DNA from: Gemmatimonadales bacterium
Lineage (GTDB): Bacteria; Gemmatimonadota; Gemmatimonadetes; Gemmatimonadales; GWC2-71-9
DNA length: 64,000 nucleotides
Direction: 5' to 3'
Assembly: GCA_035637455.1 (NCBI GenBank)
Contig: DASPXE010000098.1
Location: 16,783-80,782 of the forward strand
Position numbers and translations under genes: made by a program. Of this stretch, positions 52,249 to 61,418 are shown one piece after another (positions within the stretch are counted from its first letter, which is position 1; each line of letters starts with the position of its first letter). The notes below the pieces were generated by a model, which was given only the letters and a program-made list of their open reading frames with translations, did not search any database and was not told where the DNA came from.

Positions 52249-52402
52249 CCAGTCCCCGATGTGTCAGGACGGCGGGGCGCGCGCCCTTATCTTATGCAAA
52301 GACTCAACTGGTCGAGGTGAAGTAACCCCCGGACCAGGCCCCCTACCTTATAAGCGTTCTGGCGCAATGCCAGAGTGGCGCCGCCGCAACGGCCCCCCTG
52401 GC

Positions 52403-53179
52403 TCAAGGCGGCGCGGCGGGGATCTCTTGAAGGAACCGCTGGAACACGGGATTTCCGGGGTAGCGCGCCGCCAGCCGCCGTACGTAGCCGCGGGCTTCAC
52501 GCTCGAGCGCGGCGCGGCCGCCGGGGTCGCGAGCGGCCTCGCGCACCAGCGCTGCGGCGAGCACCCAGTTCGCCTCCACCCGGGCGAGGTCGCCGTCGCG
52601 CGCGACGCGGCGCAGGTAGCTGATGCCGAGCTCGGCGCTCCCCGACCCGAGGCCGATCAGCTTCGCTACGAGGCGCGCGAGGGCGCTGGCCCGCGCCAGG
52701 CCGTACTGATAGACGCCCAGCCCCAGGTAGCAGTCGACGCACGTCGAGTCCGCTTGTAGCACCCGCCGGTAGGCGTCCCGCATCGCTTTGCCGTCTTTCG
52801 CCGCGCCCCACGAGTGGCCCTGCAGGTCGCGCTGGCGCGCGCGGTAGCCGAGCGCGGTGGCGAGCCAGAACTCGCGCGTGGGGCCGGGGGGCTGCGCGGA
52901 CGCCCGCGCGAGCGCGACGCTCAACAGCGAGTCGATGCGCCGCGCCTCGTACGCGTCGTTCTCGAGGGCCGCCGCCCACCAGATGTAAGCGCCCGCCTCG
53001 AAGATCAGCGGGGCGGGGTCGGCCGTGTCGTGCGTGGCGAGGGTGGCGAAATACGCGGCCGCCGTGGGGAAGCCACCCGCGTAGAGTGTGTCGAGCCCGG
53101 CGCGCAGCTCGGGCCGGTCACGGTCGGGAAGACCGGCGCCGCTCTGCAACAACAACAGCGTGGCGGCGACGAGCGGCAC
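52403..53179 (-). CDS. hypothetical protein (helical, possibly TPR-like)
   Basis: 258 aa, GTG start 2 nt after the mrp stop. Balanced composition with W/Y/F/D and GC-rich third codon positions. No recognised motif. Confidence 0.5.
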   Translation of the reverse strand: MPLVAATLLLLQSGAGLPDRDRPELRAGLDTLYAGGFPTAAAYFATLATHDTADPAPLIFEAGAYIWWAAALENDAYEARRIDSLLSVALARASAQPPGPTREFWLATALGYRARQRDLQGHSWGAAKDGKAMRDAYRRVLQADSTCVDCYLGLGVYQYGLARASALARLVAKLIGLGSGSAELGISYLRRVARDGDLARVEANWVLAAALVREAARDPGGRAALEREARGYVRRLAARYPGNPVFQRFLQEIPAAPP

Positions 53180-53180
53180 G

Positions 53181-54278
53181 TCAGTGAGCGAGGGCGGCGA
53201 GCTGTTCCGCGACGCGCCGGGCGACGTCGCTCAGCGCCTGCGCGGCCGGTGAGTCGGGTTCGGCAGCGACGATCGGGCGCCCGGTGTCGGCGAGGTCCGC
53301 CATGTGCGCCTGGAGCGGCACCTCACCGAGCAGCGGCACGCCCAGCTCGGCGGCGAGCCGTTTGCCTCCGCCCGTCAAGAAGATCTCGGTGCGCTCGCCG
53401 CACTGCGGGCACACAAAGTAGCTCATGTTCTCGACCACACCGATCACCGGCACGCCGACGCGCTCGAACATTTTGGCGCCGCGCAGACTGTCGCCGACGG
53501 CCACCTCTTGCGGCGTGGTCACGATGATGGCGCCGCGGATGTGGAGCGTCTGGGCGAGCGACAGCTGGGCGTCGCCGGTGCCGGGCGGGAGATCGACCAG
53601 GAAGTAGTCGAGCTGGCCCCACTCCACGTCCCGCACGAACTGCTGGATCACCTTCATGATGATGGGACCGCGCCAGATCGCCGGTGCGTCGCGCTCCACA
53701 ATCAGCCCGAGCGACATGATTTTCACGCCGTGGCTCTGGAGCGGCTGGATCTTGCCGCCCCGCACCTCGGGCTTCTGGTCCACACCCATCATGCGGGGCA
53801 CGTTGGGCCCGTAGATGTCCGCATCCATGAGCCCGACGCGGTGGCCCTGTTGGGCGAGCGCGACCGCGAGGTTCGCCGAGACCGTGGACTTCCCCACGCC
53901 GCCCTTGCCGGAAGAGACCGCGAGTACTTTGCCGAGGTGCGGCAATTCGACCGGCGTAGGCGGTGGCGGCACCGCTCCCGGGCCGGGCCGGGGAGTCGTC
54001 GCGCGGGGAGTGGTTCCTGCCGCTGCGGCGCCGGTGTCGGTGACGTTGACCCGCACTGCGGTCACACCGTCCACAGCTTGGACGGCCTTGCGAGCTTCGC
54101 GGGCGAGGGTCGGTGGGTCGGCTGGGGTGAGCATGAACGTGAATGTGACGTGCCCCGCGCCGTCCACCGCCACATCCTTCACCATGCCTGCCGAGAGGAC
54201 GTCCTTGCCGAGGCGGGGGTTCTGAAGCTGGGCGAGGGCGCGCTCGACGCGCGCCTGCAGAGTGTCGGACGCAGGCAC
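53181..54278 (-). CDS. mrp: Fe-S cluster carrier ATPase Mrp/ApbC/NBP35 with N-terminal DUF59 (MIP18-like) domain
   Basis: 365 aa. Deviant Walker A SGKGGVGKST. CPQC motif in FVCPQCGE. Confidence 0.92.
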   Translation of the reverse strand: MPASDTLQARVERALAQLQNPRLGKDVLSAGMVKDVAVDGAGHVTFTFMLTPADPPTLAREARKAVQAVDGVTAVRVNVTDTGAAAAGTTPRATTPRPGPGAVPPPPTPVELPHLGKVLAVSSGKGGVGKSTVSANLAVALAQQGHRVGLMDADIYGPNVPRMMGVDQKPEVRGGKIQPLQSHGVKIMSLGLIVERDAPAIWRGPIIMKVIQQFVRDVEWGQLDYFLVDLPPGTGDAQLSLAQTLHIRGAIIVTTPQEVAVGDSLRGAKMFERVGVPVIGVVENMSYFVCPQCGERTEIFLTGGGKRLAAELGVPLLGEVPLQAHMADLADTGRPIVAAEPDSPAAQALSDVARRVAEQLAALAH

Positions 54279-54393
54279 GAGCGGAAGCTACGCAGGAATC
54301 GAGCTGAGGGGCAACGAGCGGGCCGGATCACGTGCCCTGCATCCCAGGAAGGCATAGGGATTGCAGCGCCGGCATAGGCTCGATCACGCGCCT

Positions 54394-55068
54394 ATGCCCG
54401 ACGACCTGAGCACCGTGCGCCGCGCCGAGCAGACGGGGGCGCGGTGGACCACTTACCTGCTATTCGCCTGCCTGGCGCTCGACGCCGTAGCGATTGTATC
54501 CGGCGTCTCGCAACGCTCGTTGCTCGTCCGCGCCATGGCGGGCGCGCAACTGGTGCCCAGCGAGGCCGCTGCGAGCGCACCACCACACGGGCCTATCGGC
54601 ACGCTCCAGCTGGTGGCGTTGGCGGGCACCGGCATCGTGTGGTTAGTGTGGCTGCATCGGGCGTACGGTAACCTCACGCTGATCGGCTCGAAGCGGTTGA
54701 GGTTCAATCCGAGCTGGGCCATCGGCTGCTGGTTCATTCCATTCGTCAATGTCGTGCGGGCGTATCAGATCATGAAGGATCTGTGGCTGCGCAGCGAATC
54801 AATGAACGATCGCGACGCATACGACAACCTGCCCGCCCCCGCGCTACTCTCGACGTGGTGGGGAGTCTCCCTGACGTGGGGAGCATTGGCGTTGGTGCTG
54901 ACGCTCCTGGCGCGGGACGCCTATTCGCTCGAGCAGCTGACCAACGTGACCGACTTGGGACTGCTCGTCCACGCCGTCGGAGTGGTCGCGGCGGTGCTCG
55001 CCATGATGGTCGTTCGAGGAATCGACCGCCACCAGCAGCGGTTCCGACTGATCGGCGTCGCTGCGTGA
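54394..55068 (+). CDS. DUF4328-like membrane protein
   Basis: 224 aa from the ATG at 54394. Four TM helices. WAIGCWFIPFVNVVRAYQIMKDLW block as I recall for DUF4328. Confidence 0.55.
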   Translation: MPDDLSTVRRAEQTGARWTTYLLFACLALDAVAIVSGVSQRSLLVRAMAGAQLVPSEAAASAPPHGPIGTLQLVALAGTGIVWLVWLHRAYGNLTLIGSKRLRFNPSWAIGCWFIPFVNVVRAYQIMKDLWLRSESMNDRDAYDNLPAPALLSTWWGVSLTWGALALVLTLLARDAYSLEQLTNVTDLGLLVHAVGVVAAVLAMMVVRGIDRHQQRFRLIGVAA

Positions 55069-55074
55069 GTTAGC

Positions 55075-55129
55075 CGCGGGCTGAGAGCCCGCGCTCGGCT
55101 CCAATGTGCGCCCCATAGGGGCGCACATT
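55075..55129. terminator. two consecutive GC-rich hairpins downstream of the DUF4328-like gene (the second is a perfect 12-bp/3-nt-loop palindrome)
   Basis: Hairpin 1 is cgcgggct-gag-agcccgcg (55075-55093). Hairpin 2 is aatgtgcgcccc-ata-ggggcgcacatt (55103-55129). No U-tract follows, so a terminator role is uncertain. Confidence 0.35.
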
Positions 55130-55139
55130 CGCGCCCCTC

Positions 55140-55168
55140 TTACCCCGCGCCACCACGGGCTCTATGAT
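55140..55168 (+). promoter_or_regulatory. candidate sigma70-type promoter for the kinase gene
   Basis: TTACCC-N17-TATGAT, 28 nt upstream of the TTG start at 55197. Confidence 0.3.
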
Positions 55169-55196
55169 GTGATCATCCCCCGCCGGGACTCTGTTC

Positions 55197-58100
55197 TTGG
55201 CCGACGCCCTGACGCGCCTGCAGGCCGCCCTCGCCGGCCACTATATAATCCAGCGCGAGCTCGGACGTGGCGGGATGGCGACCGTGTACCTCGCGCACGA
55301 CCTGAAGCACGACCGCGCGGCCGCGATCAAGGTGGTCGACCCAGAAGTGTCGAGCGCGATCGGGGTCGAGCGGTTTTTGCGGGAGATCCGGCTCGCAGCC
55401 CAGCTGCAGCATCCCCACATCCTGCCGCTGTACGACTCGGGACAAGCCAGTGGGTTCCTCTATTACGTCATGCCGTTCGTCGCCGGCGAGTCGCTGCGCG
55501 AGCGGCTGGAGCGCGAGAAGCAGCTGCGCCTGGACGAGGCGCTCCGGATCACCCGCGAGGTAGCCGAAGCGCTCGACTATGCCCACCGCTACGGTGTCGT
55601 GCACCGCGACATCAAGCCCGCGAACATCCTGCTGGCCAACGATCAGGCCATGATCGCGGACTTCGGGATCGCGCGGGCATTTGCCGTCGCGGGAGAAGAG
55701 AAGCTGACGCAGACGGGCCTGGCGGTCGGGACGCCCGGCTACATGAGCCCCGAGCAGGCGAGCGGCTCGACCCGGCTCGATGGCCGCAGCGACATCTACA
55801 GCCTCGGCTGCGTGTCGTACGAGATGCTCGCCGGAAGCCCGCCGTTCACGGGATCCACGCCGCAGGCGATTCTGGCACGCCACTTGAGCGATCCTGTGCC
55901 GCCGCTGCGCACGGTGCGGCGCAGCGTACCGGCGTCGGTCGAGCAAGCGATCCTGCGCGCGCTCGAGAAGGTGCCGGCGGACCGATTCGCCACCGTCACG
56001 CAATTCGCGGACGCACTCGAAGCACCGGCGCCTCCGGCTACCCGGCCGGTCCGGCCGTGGCTCGTCGCGGGCCTCACGGCAGTGGCGGCGGCCGCGGCGG
56101 CGCTGTACTGGGTGTTCGCGATCCGACCGTCCGGGAGCAGCGCGGCGGCTGCCGCCAGCGCGGCTGACACCTCACGCTACGTCGTCTTGCCGTTCGTGCA
56201 CGCAGGCGCCGTCACAGCGCTCAACGAAGGCGAGCTGCTACAGGACGCGTTGACGCACTGGAGTGGCATCGCGGTGGTCGACCCGTTCCAGGTGCGGGAC
56301 GCGCTGGCGCGGCGGGACGGCCGCGCCCTGAGCGGCAGCGACGCGCGGGCCGTGGCCATGGACTTGGGCGCGGGTCGCTACGTGAGGGGAGAGGTGTCGC
56401 ATATCGGCGATTCGATCCGCGTGTACGCGGCATTGTACGACGTGACCCGCGGAGGCTCGTTCGTGCGGGACGGTACGGTGAAGCTCGGCAGCAACTTGGC
56501 CAGAGCCGAGGCGGCGTTCGCGGCCCTGGGCGAGCGGCTGCTGTTCGGGAGCGCTGGTCCGGGTGCCCGGCTCGAGAGCCAGACCGGGACGACCTCGCTG
56601 CCGGCGCGTCAGAGGTTCTCTCAGGGGCAGGCGGCGATCGAGCGATGGGACCTCGGGGGTGCGGACTCTGACTTCGCGGCCGCGACCCGTTACGATCCGC
56701 AGTACGCCCAGGCCTTCCTGTGGTTGGCGCAGACACGGTCGTGGATGACGCAGCGACGGTCCTGGAGCGACACGCCGGTCGCCACTTGGCAGTCCGCGGC
56801 GGAGCGGGCGGCCGGCGGACGAGCGCGGCTCTCCAGCCGTGACCAGGTCCTCTCCGATGCCTTGCTCGCCCTGGGAAGGGAAGACGTCGACCGCGCATGC
56901 CGCGTCCTGACCCGGCTGACGGTCCTCGATCCATACGACTTCGCCTCGTGGTACGCGCTGGGAAACTGCTTGAGCCGGGATGACGTGGTGCAACGCGACA
57001 ACTTGAGCCAGTCGGGGTGGCGGTTCCGCAGCAGCTACCAACAGGCCATCAGAGCATACGTACGCGCGTTCCAGTTGCTGCCGTCGATTCACAGGTCGCT
57101 GCGCGGCGACTCGTATGAATCCGTGCGTCAGCTGCTGATGACCGGCGGAAACAACGTGCGCTTGGGCCGGGCGCTCGCGCCGGACACCACGACCTTCGTG
57201 GCTCGGCCCGTATGGCAGGGAGACACGCTGGTGCTCCTCCCCTACCCCCGCGAAGCGACTGCCGGCCCCGAGGTCGTGCCCGAGGCGGTGAATGTGGCAA
57301 CCCGCCACCAGCGCGAACTGTTCCACGAGGTCGCTACGGCCTGGGTGACCGCGTTCCCCCGCAGTGCTGACGCGCTAGAAGCCCTGGCCGTCTCCCTCGA
57401 GATGCTTGGCGATCCGGCCGCCCTCGATACACTTCGGCACGCCGCGGCGCTTGCAGTTACGCCGGGCGAGCGCGCCCGCATCGCCGTCGGTGAAGTCTGG
57501 ATGCTGGTAAGGTTCTCCGTCCCCGCCGACGTGGCGGGCTTGCGCGCGGCGCGGGCGTTGGCGGATTCCGTGCTGCGGGCCTATCCACCGCCCAAAGCAC
57601 CCGAGCCTCTCCTGCTCGCGACGCTCGCCACGCTCACAGGGCATGCTCAGCTCGCGGCGGCGTACGGCCGGGAGCCGCCCGCCGCCACCGAATGGATCGT
57701 GCCCGCGCCGTTAGCCCAGACCGCCCTGCCTCTCGTGCTACTCGCTTCGCTGGGTGGGCCAGCCGACAGCCTGCGCACTTTGGAGCAGCTGGTCGATTCG
57801 TCCATCGACAACGGTCTAGCGGTGCCGCGGCGCCAGCAAGCCCGACTCCAGTGGCTCGCACGCGCAGCGACGCTCGCGTTTCCAGATTATCGGTTCAAAT
57901 CGATTGCCAAGCTCGCGGGCGCTGGTGACTACCTTTTGGACGCTCAGGCGGCGTTCTTGCGTGGGGACACGGCCTTTGTCCTTCGGCTGTACGTCGAGCT
58001 GCGGACCGCGCGTCGCCATCTCCCACCGGCACAGTTGACGCTCGATGCGCTCTATCCCGAAGCATGGCTGCTCGCAGCGCTCGGTGACGAGAGAGCGGCG

Positions 58101-58337
58101 ATCGCGTGGCTTGATCCGACACTTGTCTCCCTCTTGTCGACCCCACCGGAGGTTTTCACCGAGCCTGCCAGGGCTGGATCCCTGGTTCGGGCGATGGCGC
58201 TGCGAGCGGACCTCGCCGAGCGGGTGGGGGACCACGCCGCCGCCGCGCGGTGGGCGGCGGCCGTCGCGGCTCTCTGGTCCGATGCTGATCCGTTCTTGCA
58301 GCCCGCAGTCAGCCGCATGCGGCGCCTGGCCGGATGA
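55197..58337 (+). CDS. membrane Ser/Thr protein kinase with large extracytoplasmic TolB-like plus helical-repeat domain
   Basis: 1046 aa, TTG start. GRGGMATVY, HRDIKPANILL, DFG, GTPGYMSPE. TM helix LVAGLTAVAAAAAALYWVFAI. Paralog of the 37179-39470 kinase. Confidence 0.88.
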   Translation: MADALTRLQAALAGHYIIQRELGRGGMATVYLAHDLKHDRAAAIKVVDPEVSSAIGVERFLREIRLAAQLQHPHILPLYDSGQASGFLYYVMPFVAGESLRERLEREKQLRLDEALRITREVAEALDYAHRYGVVHRDIKPANILLANDQAMIADFGIARAFAVAGEEKLTQTGLAVGTPGYMSPEQASGSTRLDGRSDIYSLGCVSYEMLAGSPPFTGSTPQAILARHLSDPVPPLRTVRRSVPASVEQAILRALEKVPADRFATVTQFADALEAPAPPATRPVRPWLVAGLTAVAAAAAALYWVFAIRPSGSSAAAAASAADTSRYVVLPFVHAGAVTALNEGELLQDALTHWSGIAVVDPFQVRDALARRDGRALSGSDARAVAMDLGAGRYVRGEVSHIGDSIRVYAALYDVTRGGSFVRDGTVKLGSNLARAEAAFAALGERLLFGSAGPGARLESQTGTTSLPARQRFSQGQAAIERWDLGGADSDFAAATRYDPQYAQAFLWLAQTRSWMTQRRSWSDTPVATWQSAAERAAGGRARLSSRDQVLSDALLALGREDVDRACRVLTRLTVLDPYDFASWYALGNCLSRDDVVQRDNLSQSGWRFRSSYQQAIRAYVRAFQLLPSIHRSLRGDSYESVRQLLMTGGNNVRLGRALAPDTTTFVARPVWQGDTLVLLPYPREATAGPEVVPEAVNVATRHQRELFHEVATAWVTAFPRSADALEALAVSLEMLGDPAALDTLRHAAALAVTPGERARIAVGEVWMLVRFSVPADVAGLRAARALADSVLRAYPPPKAPEPLLLATLATLTGHAQLAAAYGREPPAATEWIVPAPLAQTALPLVLLASLGGPADSLRTLEQLVDSSIDNGLAVPRRQQARLQWLARAATLAFPDYRFKSIAKLAGAGDYLLDAQAAFLRGDTAFVLRLYVELRTARRHLPPAQLTLDALYPEAWLLAALGDERAAIAWLDPTLVSLLSTPPEVFTEPARAGSLVRAMALRADLAERVGDHAAAARWAAAVAALWSDADPFLQPAVSRMRRLAG

Positions 58338-58380
58338 GCCTGCGCGCCGGGCTCTGAACCTCTACTGGAAGGATGTGGCC

Positions 58381-59658
58381 ATGAAGCCGCAATGCGCGCA
58401 GGCCCTGGTGCTGGCTGCGACTCTCGTCGCGGGCGCGATCGCCTGCGAGACCACCTTGTCGGGTGGCGCGGCTACCCCAGCCATCGGGCGTCCTGAGTGC
58501 CCCTCCGATTCGTTCGCGATCAACGTCGTTGACACCGTCAGAAGAGGCCGGACGGCGGTCATCCAACCACGGACAATCACCGTGATCCCGCTTGCCGGCC
58601 CGATCACAAACGTGCCCGAATTCCACGACTGTCAGCAGTTGATCAAGGACAAGGGGTACCTCGCCCTATACGCGATCTTCGCCAGCTTCCAGTTGAACAA
58701 GCTAGTCGACAGTCTCGACACACTAGCGTACACGATCACGAAGCGGGCGTTTCCCGCCGCCGAGATCTATAGCAATGACACGCACGAGTACGCGCCGCTT
58801 GCTATCAAACCCTACTTCAACTGCCTGTATCTGTATCGCGATAAGTCGCAGTGGCGGGCGAACATGGTGTCGATCGGAAAAGACGAAAAAGACTGTAGCA
58901 AGCCGCTCGTTAACCCCGCGACGGCCGGCACCGAGCTCAAGGTTCTCCCGATCAGCCCCAAGATGAATGACGACGCCTACCCTCCAGTCGCGCGGTGGGA
59001 CTGGGATTCGGCGCACGGCGAGCAATACATCGGCATCCAGTGCGGCACCGCATGGTGCGAGGTCGGAAGCCAGCAGTTTGCACCAATGCCCGCGATGACG
59101 TCCGGCCCGGCGTTCGACCCGATTCAGGGTTTCACAGCCACCCCAGAACAATCCGCGCAGGTATATGGCATTAAGGGCTGGTATGACGAGCAACAACTGG
59201 CTGTTCCGGGGACGAACGGCCTACAACCGGGCGTAGTACATGGCATCATCATCCCGAACCCCGTCCTGGATCAGTTGAATCAAGCGACCGACTTTCACCC
59301 GGTGACCGGCAAGCCGTGGGTGCACGTCGCGACTGCCGTGGTCAATGGCTCCTACTCGAGCAAGCTGCACTTCAGTGGCGGCAACAACAAGATCTACCTC
59401 TGTTACGGCACAGCGACCGAGTGCGGTGTGTCAGCGGCACCGACGTGCCCGCCGCCAGCGGACGGCAAATGGTGGGCGAAGATCACGTCTCGGCGGTGGC
59501 CATGGCCGTTCTGGCTGTGGCACAATGCGGCGTACCGATGCGTCACGCAGCGACTGCACCCGGGTGTGACTATTCCGGGCACAGTGCGGTGGCGCTGGGC
59601 GGTAAATGACGAGACTGGTTGGATCAGATGCACGAATGGTTGTTGCACGGTCAATTGA
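58381..59658 (+). CDS. secreted Cys- and Trp-rich protein of unknown family
   Basis: 425 aa from the ATG at 58381, with GGAAGGA 8 nt upstream. Signal peptide MKPQCAQALVLAATLVAGAIA/C. About 17 Cys. C-terminal W-rich tail WWAKITSRRWPWPFWLWHNAAYRC...WRWAVNDETGWIRCTNGCCTVN. Low G+C (52-63% in four hand-counted 60-nt blocks, 58621-58860). Confidence 0.7.
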   Translation: MKPQCAQALVLAATLVAGAIACETTLSGGAATPAIGRPECPSDSFAINVVDTVRRGRTAVIQPRTITVIPLAGPITNVPEFHDCQQLIKDKGYLALYAIFASFQLNKLVDSLDTLAYTITKRAFPAAEIYSNDTHEYAPLAIKPYFNCLYLYRDKSQWRANMVSIGKDEKDCSKPLVNPATAGTELKVLPISPKMNDDAYPPVARWDWDSAHGEQYIGIQCGTAWCEVGSQQFAPMPAMTSGPAFDPIQGFTATPEQSAQVYGIKGWYDEQQLAVPGTNGLQPGVVHGIIIPNPVLDQLNQATDFHPVTGKPWVHVATAVVNGSYSSKLHFSGGNNKIYLCYGTATECGVSAAPTCPPPADGKWWAKITSRRWPWPFWLWHNAAYRCVTQRLHPGVTIPGTVRWRWAVNDETGWIRCTNGCCTVN

Positions 59659-59670
59659 GCGGTTGACCCG

Positions 59671-59700
59671 CCGCCCCGGCTCGACCCCGAGCCGGCGCGG
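59671..59700. terminator. GC-rich hairpin between convergent genes (possible bidirectional terminator)
   Basis: ccgccccggctcg-accc-cgagccggcgcgg forms a 13-bp stem with one C.C mismatch, followed by ttcgtt. Confidence 0.45.
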
Positions 59701-59710
59701 TTCGTTCGCA

Positions 59711-61135
59711 TCACAGCACCGCAATGTTGAACGCAGAGCTCTCGGCGCTCCTCAGGCCCGAGGCGGTGGCCTGCAGCGTGTACCCGTTCCCGAGCTGGTC
59801 GATGCTCAAGTCGCTGAACCGCGCGACGCCGTTCACCGCCCGCACCATCTTGGTCCCGGACAGGACGGCGTTCCCGAGCAGGCTCCCGTCGTGCCCGATC
59901 GCCACCGTGACGAAGCCGGTGAAGCTCGTGACGCGGTTGCCGAGGTCGTCCACCGCCGTCACCTCCACCGCCGGCGTGATCGTCGCGCCGGGCGCCGTCT
60001 TGCTCGGCTGGACCGTGAACACGAGCTGCGTCGCCTGGGGCGGCGGGGGCGGCGCGGTGATGTTGAACCCCGTACTGGTTGCTCCCGTGAGCCCAGCCGC
60101 GCTGGCCGTCAAGGTGTAGCCGTTCCCGGCCAGGTTGATGCTCAGGTTCGAGAAGGTCGCCACACCGTTCACGGCCGGCACGCTCAGCGTGCCGCCGAGC
60201 GTTCCGCCCGCTTGGTTCGCCCCGATTGCCACAGTGATGTTCCCGGTGAAGCTCGTCACGGTATTCCCCGAGGCGTCGAGGGCGCTCACTTCGACCGCCG
60301 GGGTGATCGTCGCCCCGGCCTCGGTGTTGCTGGGCTGGAGGCTGAAGCCGAGGTGCGTTGCCGGCGGCGGCGGTGGCGGTGGCGCGGTGATGTCGAACGC
60401 ATCGCTCGTGGCGCCTGTCAGGCCCGACGTGGTGGCGCGCAGGGTGTAGCCGGTACCCGCCTTATCGATGCTCAGGTCCGAGAACGTCGCGACACCGTTC
60501 ACCGCATCGACGATCTTCGTTCCCGCGAGACCGGCGCTGCCCGGGTTGGCGCCGAGCGCGATCGTGACAGGCCCGGTGAAGGCCGGGACGACGTTCCCCG
60601 CAGCGTCGAGCGCCGCCACCTGCACCGCCGGCGTGATGGCCGAGCCGGCTTGGGTCGTCCGCGGCTGCTGGGCGAACCCGAGGTGCGTGGCGGCAGGCGG
60701 CGGTGGCCGTGGGGCGCTGATGTCGAACCGATCGCTGGTGGCGCCGGTCGCGCCCGAGGTGGTAGCGCGCAGCGTGTACCCGCTGCCGGCTTTATCGACG
60801 CTCAAGTCGGTGAACGTCGCGACACCGTTCACCGCGTTCATCCTCGCCGTGCCCAACAGGGCGGCGCTGGTTGGGTTCGCGTCGAGCCCCACGGTCACGG
60901 GTCCGTTGAACGTCGTGGCCGGTTGACCGGTCGAATCTTGCACGGTCACTCGCACAGCCGGCGTGATCGGCTCGCCCGCGGGCGCGTCGCCCGGCTGACT
61001 GGTGAACGCCATCCGCAGGGGCGTTCCCGGACCGCCACCCGGATCGTGCAGCAGTTTGTCGATGCGGCAGGCACCCACCAATCCCGCCATGGCCGCGAGC
61101 AGACAGCTAGCCGAAGTAATGCGCAGTCGCTTCAT
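59711..61135 (-). CDS. lipoprotein built of four tandem ~108-aa Ig-like (Big_1/invasin-like) repeats joined by poly-Pro linkers
   Basis: 474 aa from the ATG at 61135. Lipobox GLVGAC. Four repeats share L.F..QP....AG..ITPAV.V...D..GN.V..FTG.VT.A.G........L.GT....AVNGVATF..LSI...G.GYTL.A...GL.GA.S..F.I, separated by PPPPP. Confidence 0.8.
   Translation of the reverse strand: MKRLRITSASCLLAAMAGLVGACRIDKLLHDPGGGPGTPLRMAFTSQPGDAPAGEPITPAVRVTVQDSTGQPATTFNGPVTVGLDANPTSAALLGTARMNAVNGVATFTDLSVDKAGSGYTLRATTSGATGATSDRFDISAPRPPPPAATHLGFAQQPRTTQAGSAITPAVQVAALDAAGNVVPAFTGPVTIALGANPGSAGLAGTKIVDAVNGVATFSDLSIDKAGTGYTLRATTSGLTGATSDAFDITAPPPPPPPATHLGFSLQPSNTEAGATITPAVEVSALDASGNTVTSFTGNITVAIGANQAGGTLGGTLSVPAVNGVATFSNLSINLAGNGYTLTASAAGLTGATSTGFNITAPPPPPQATQLVFTVQPSKTAPGATITPAVEVTAVDDLGNRVTSFTGFVTVAIGHDGSLLGNAVLSGTKMVRAVNGVARFSDLSIDQLGNGYTLQATASGLRSAESSAFNIAVL
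59714..61018. repeat. four tandem ~318-330-bp coding repeats
   Basis: Units at 59714-60031, 60032-60358, 60359-60688 and 60689-61018. Roughly three-quarters nucleotide identity by eye in the aligned cores (for example ...gtgtagccg.t.cc.gc....atcgatgctcaggt.cgagaa.gtcgc.acaccgttcac.gc). Confidence 0.8.
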
Positions 61136-61341
61136 AGCCTCGCGGAGCAGTGTCGCAAACATCGCACCGTTTCGCTCGGCTACGGCGACTCGAAGCAACG
61201 CTCGGCGCTACCCTGCTTCAGCTGTCGAGTGCATGCAACGGTATGTGGAGTGGGCTCCGTGCTGCAGGTCACAACTTTTTCGGCCGTGTCGCAATCCTTA
61301 AACCGCTCAAGCGTCCCGGCGCGGCACCGGTCGCGGCAGAC

Positions 61342-61370
61342 TTGACGGACCCCCCTCGGTAGTCCATTAT
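61342..61370 (+). promoter_or_regulatory. candidate sigma70-type promoter for the protease gene
   Basis: TTGACG-N17-CATTAT, 48 nt upstream of the ATG at 61419. GAGGGAG Shine-Dalgarno 6-12 nt upstream of the ATG. Confidence 0.35.
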
Positions 61371-61418
61371 CGCAGTCCGCTGGAGAGTCGCGCCCCTCTC
61401 CCTCACGAGGGAGCGACT

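Noticed and set aside
58045-58380. N-terminal extension of the Cys-rich protein ORF (58045..59658).
   Set aside because: It overlaps the kinase 3' end in another frame. The ATG at 58381 has a ribosome-binding site and is followed directly by a signal peptide.
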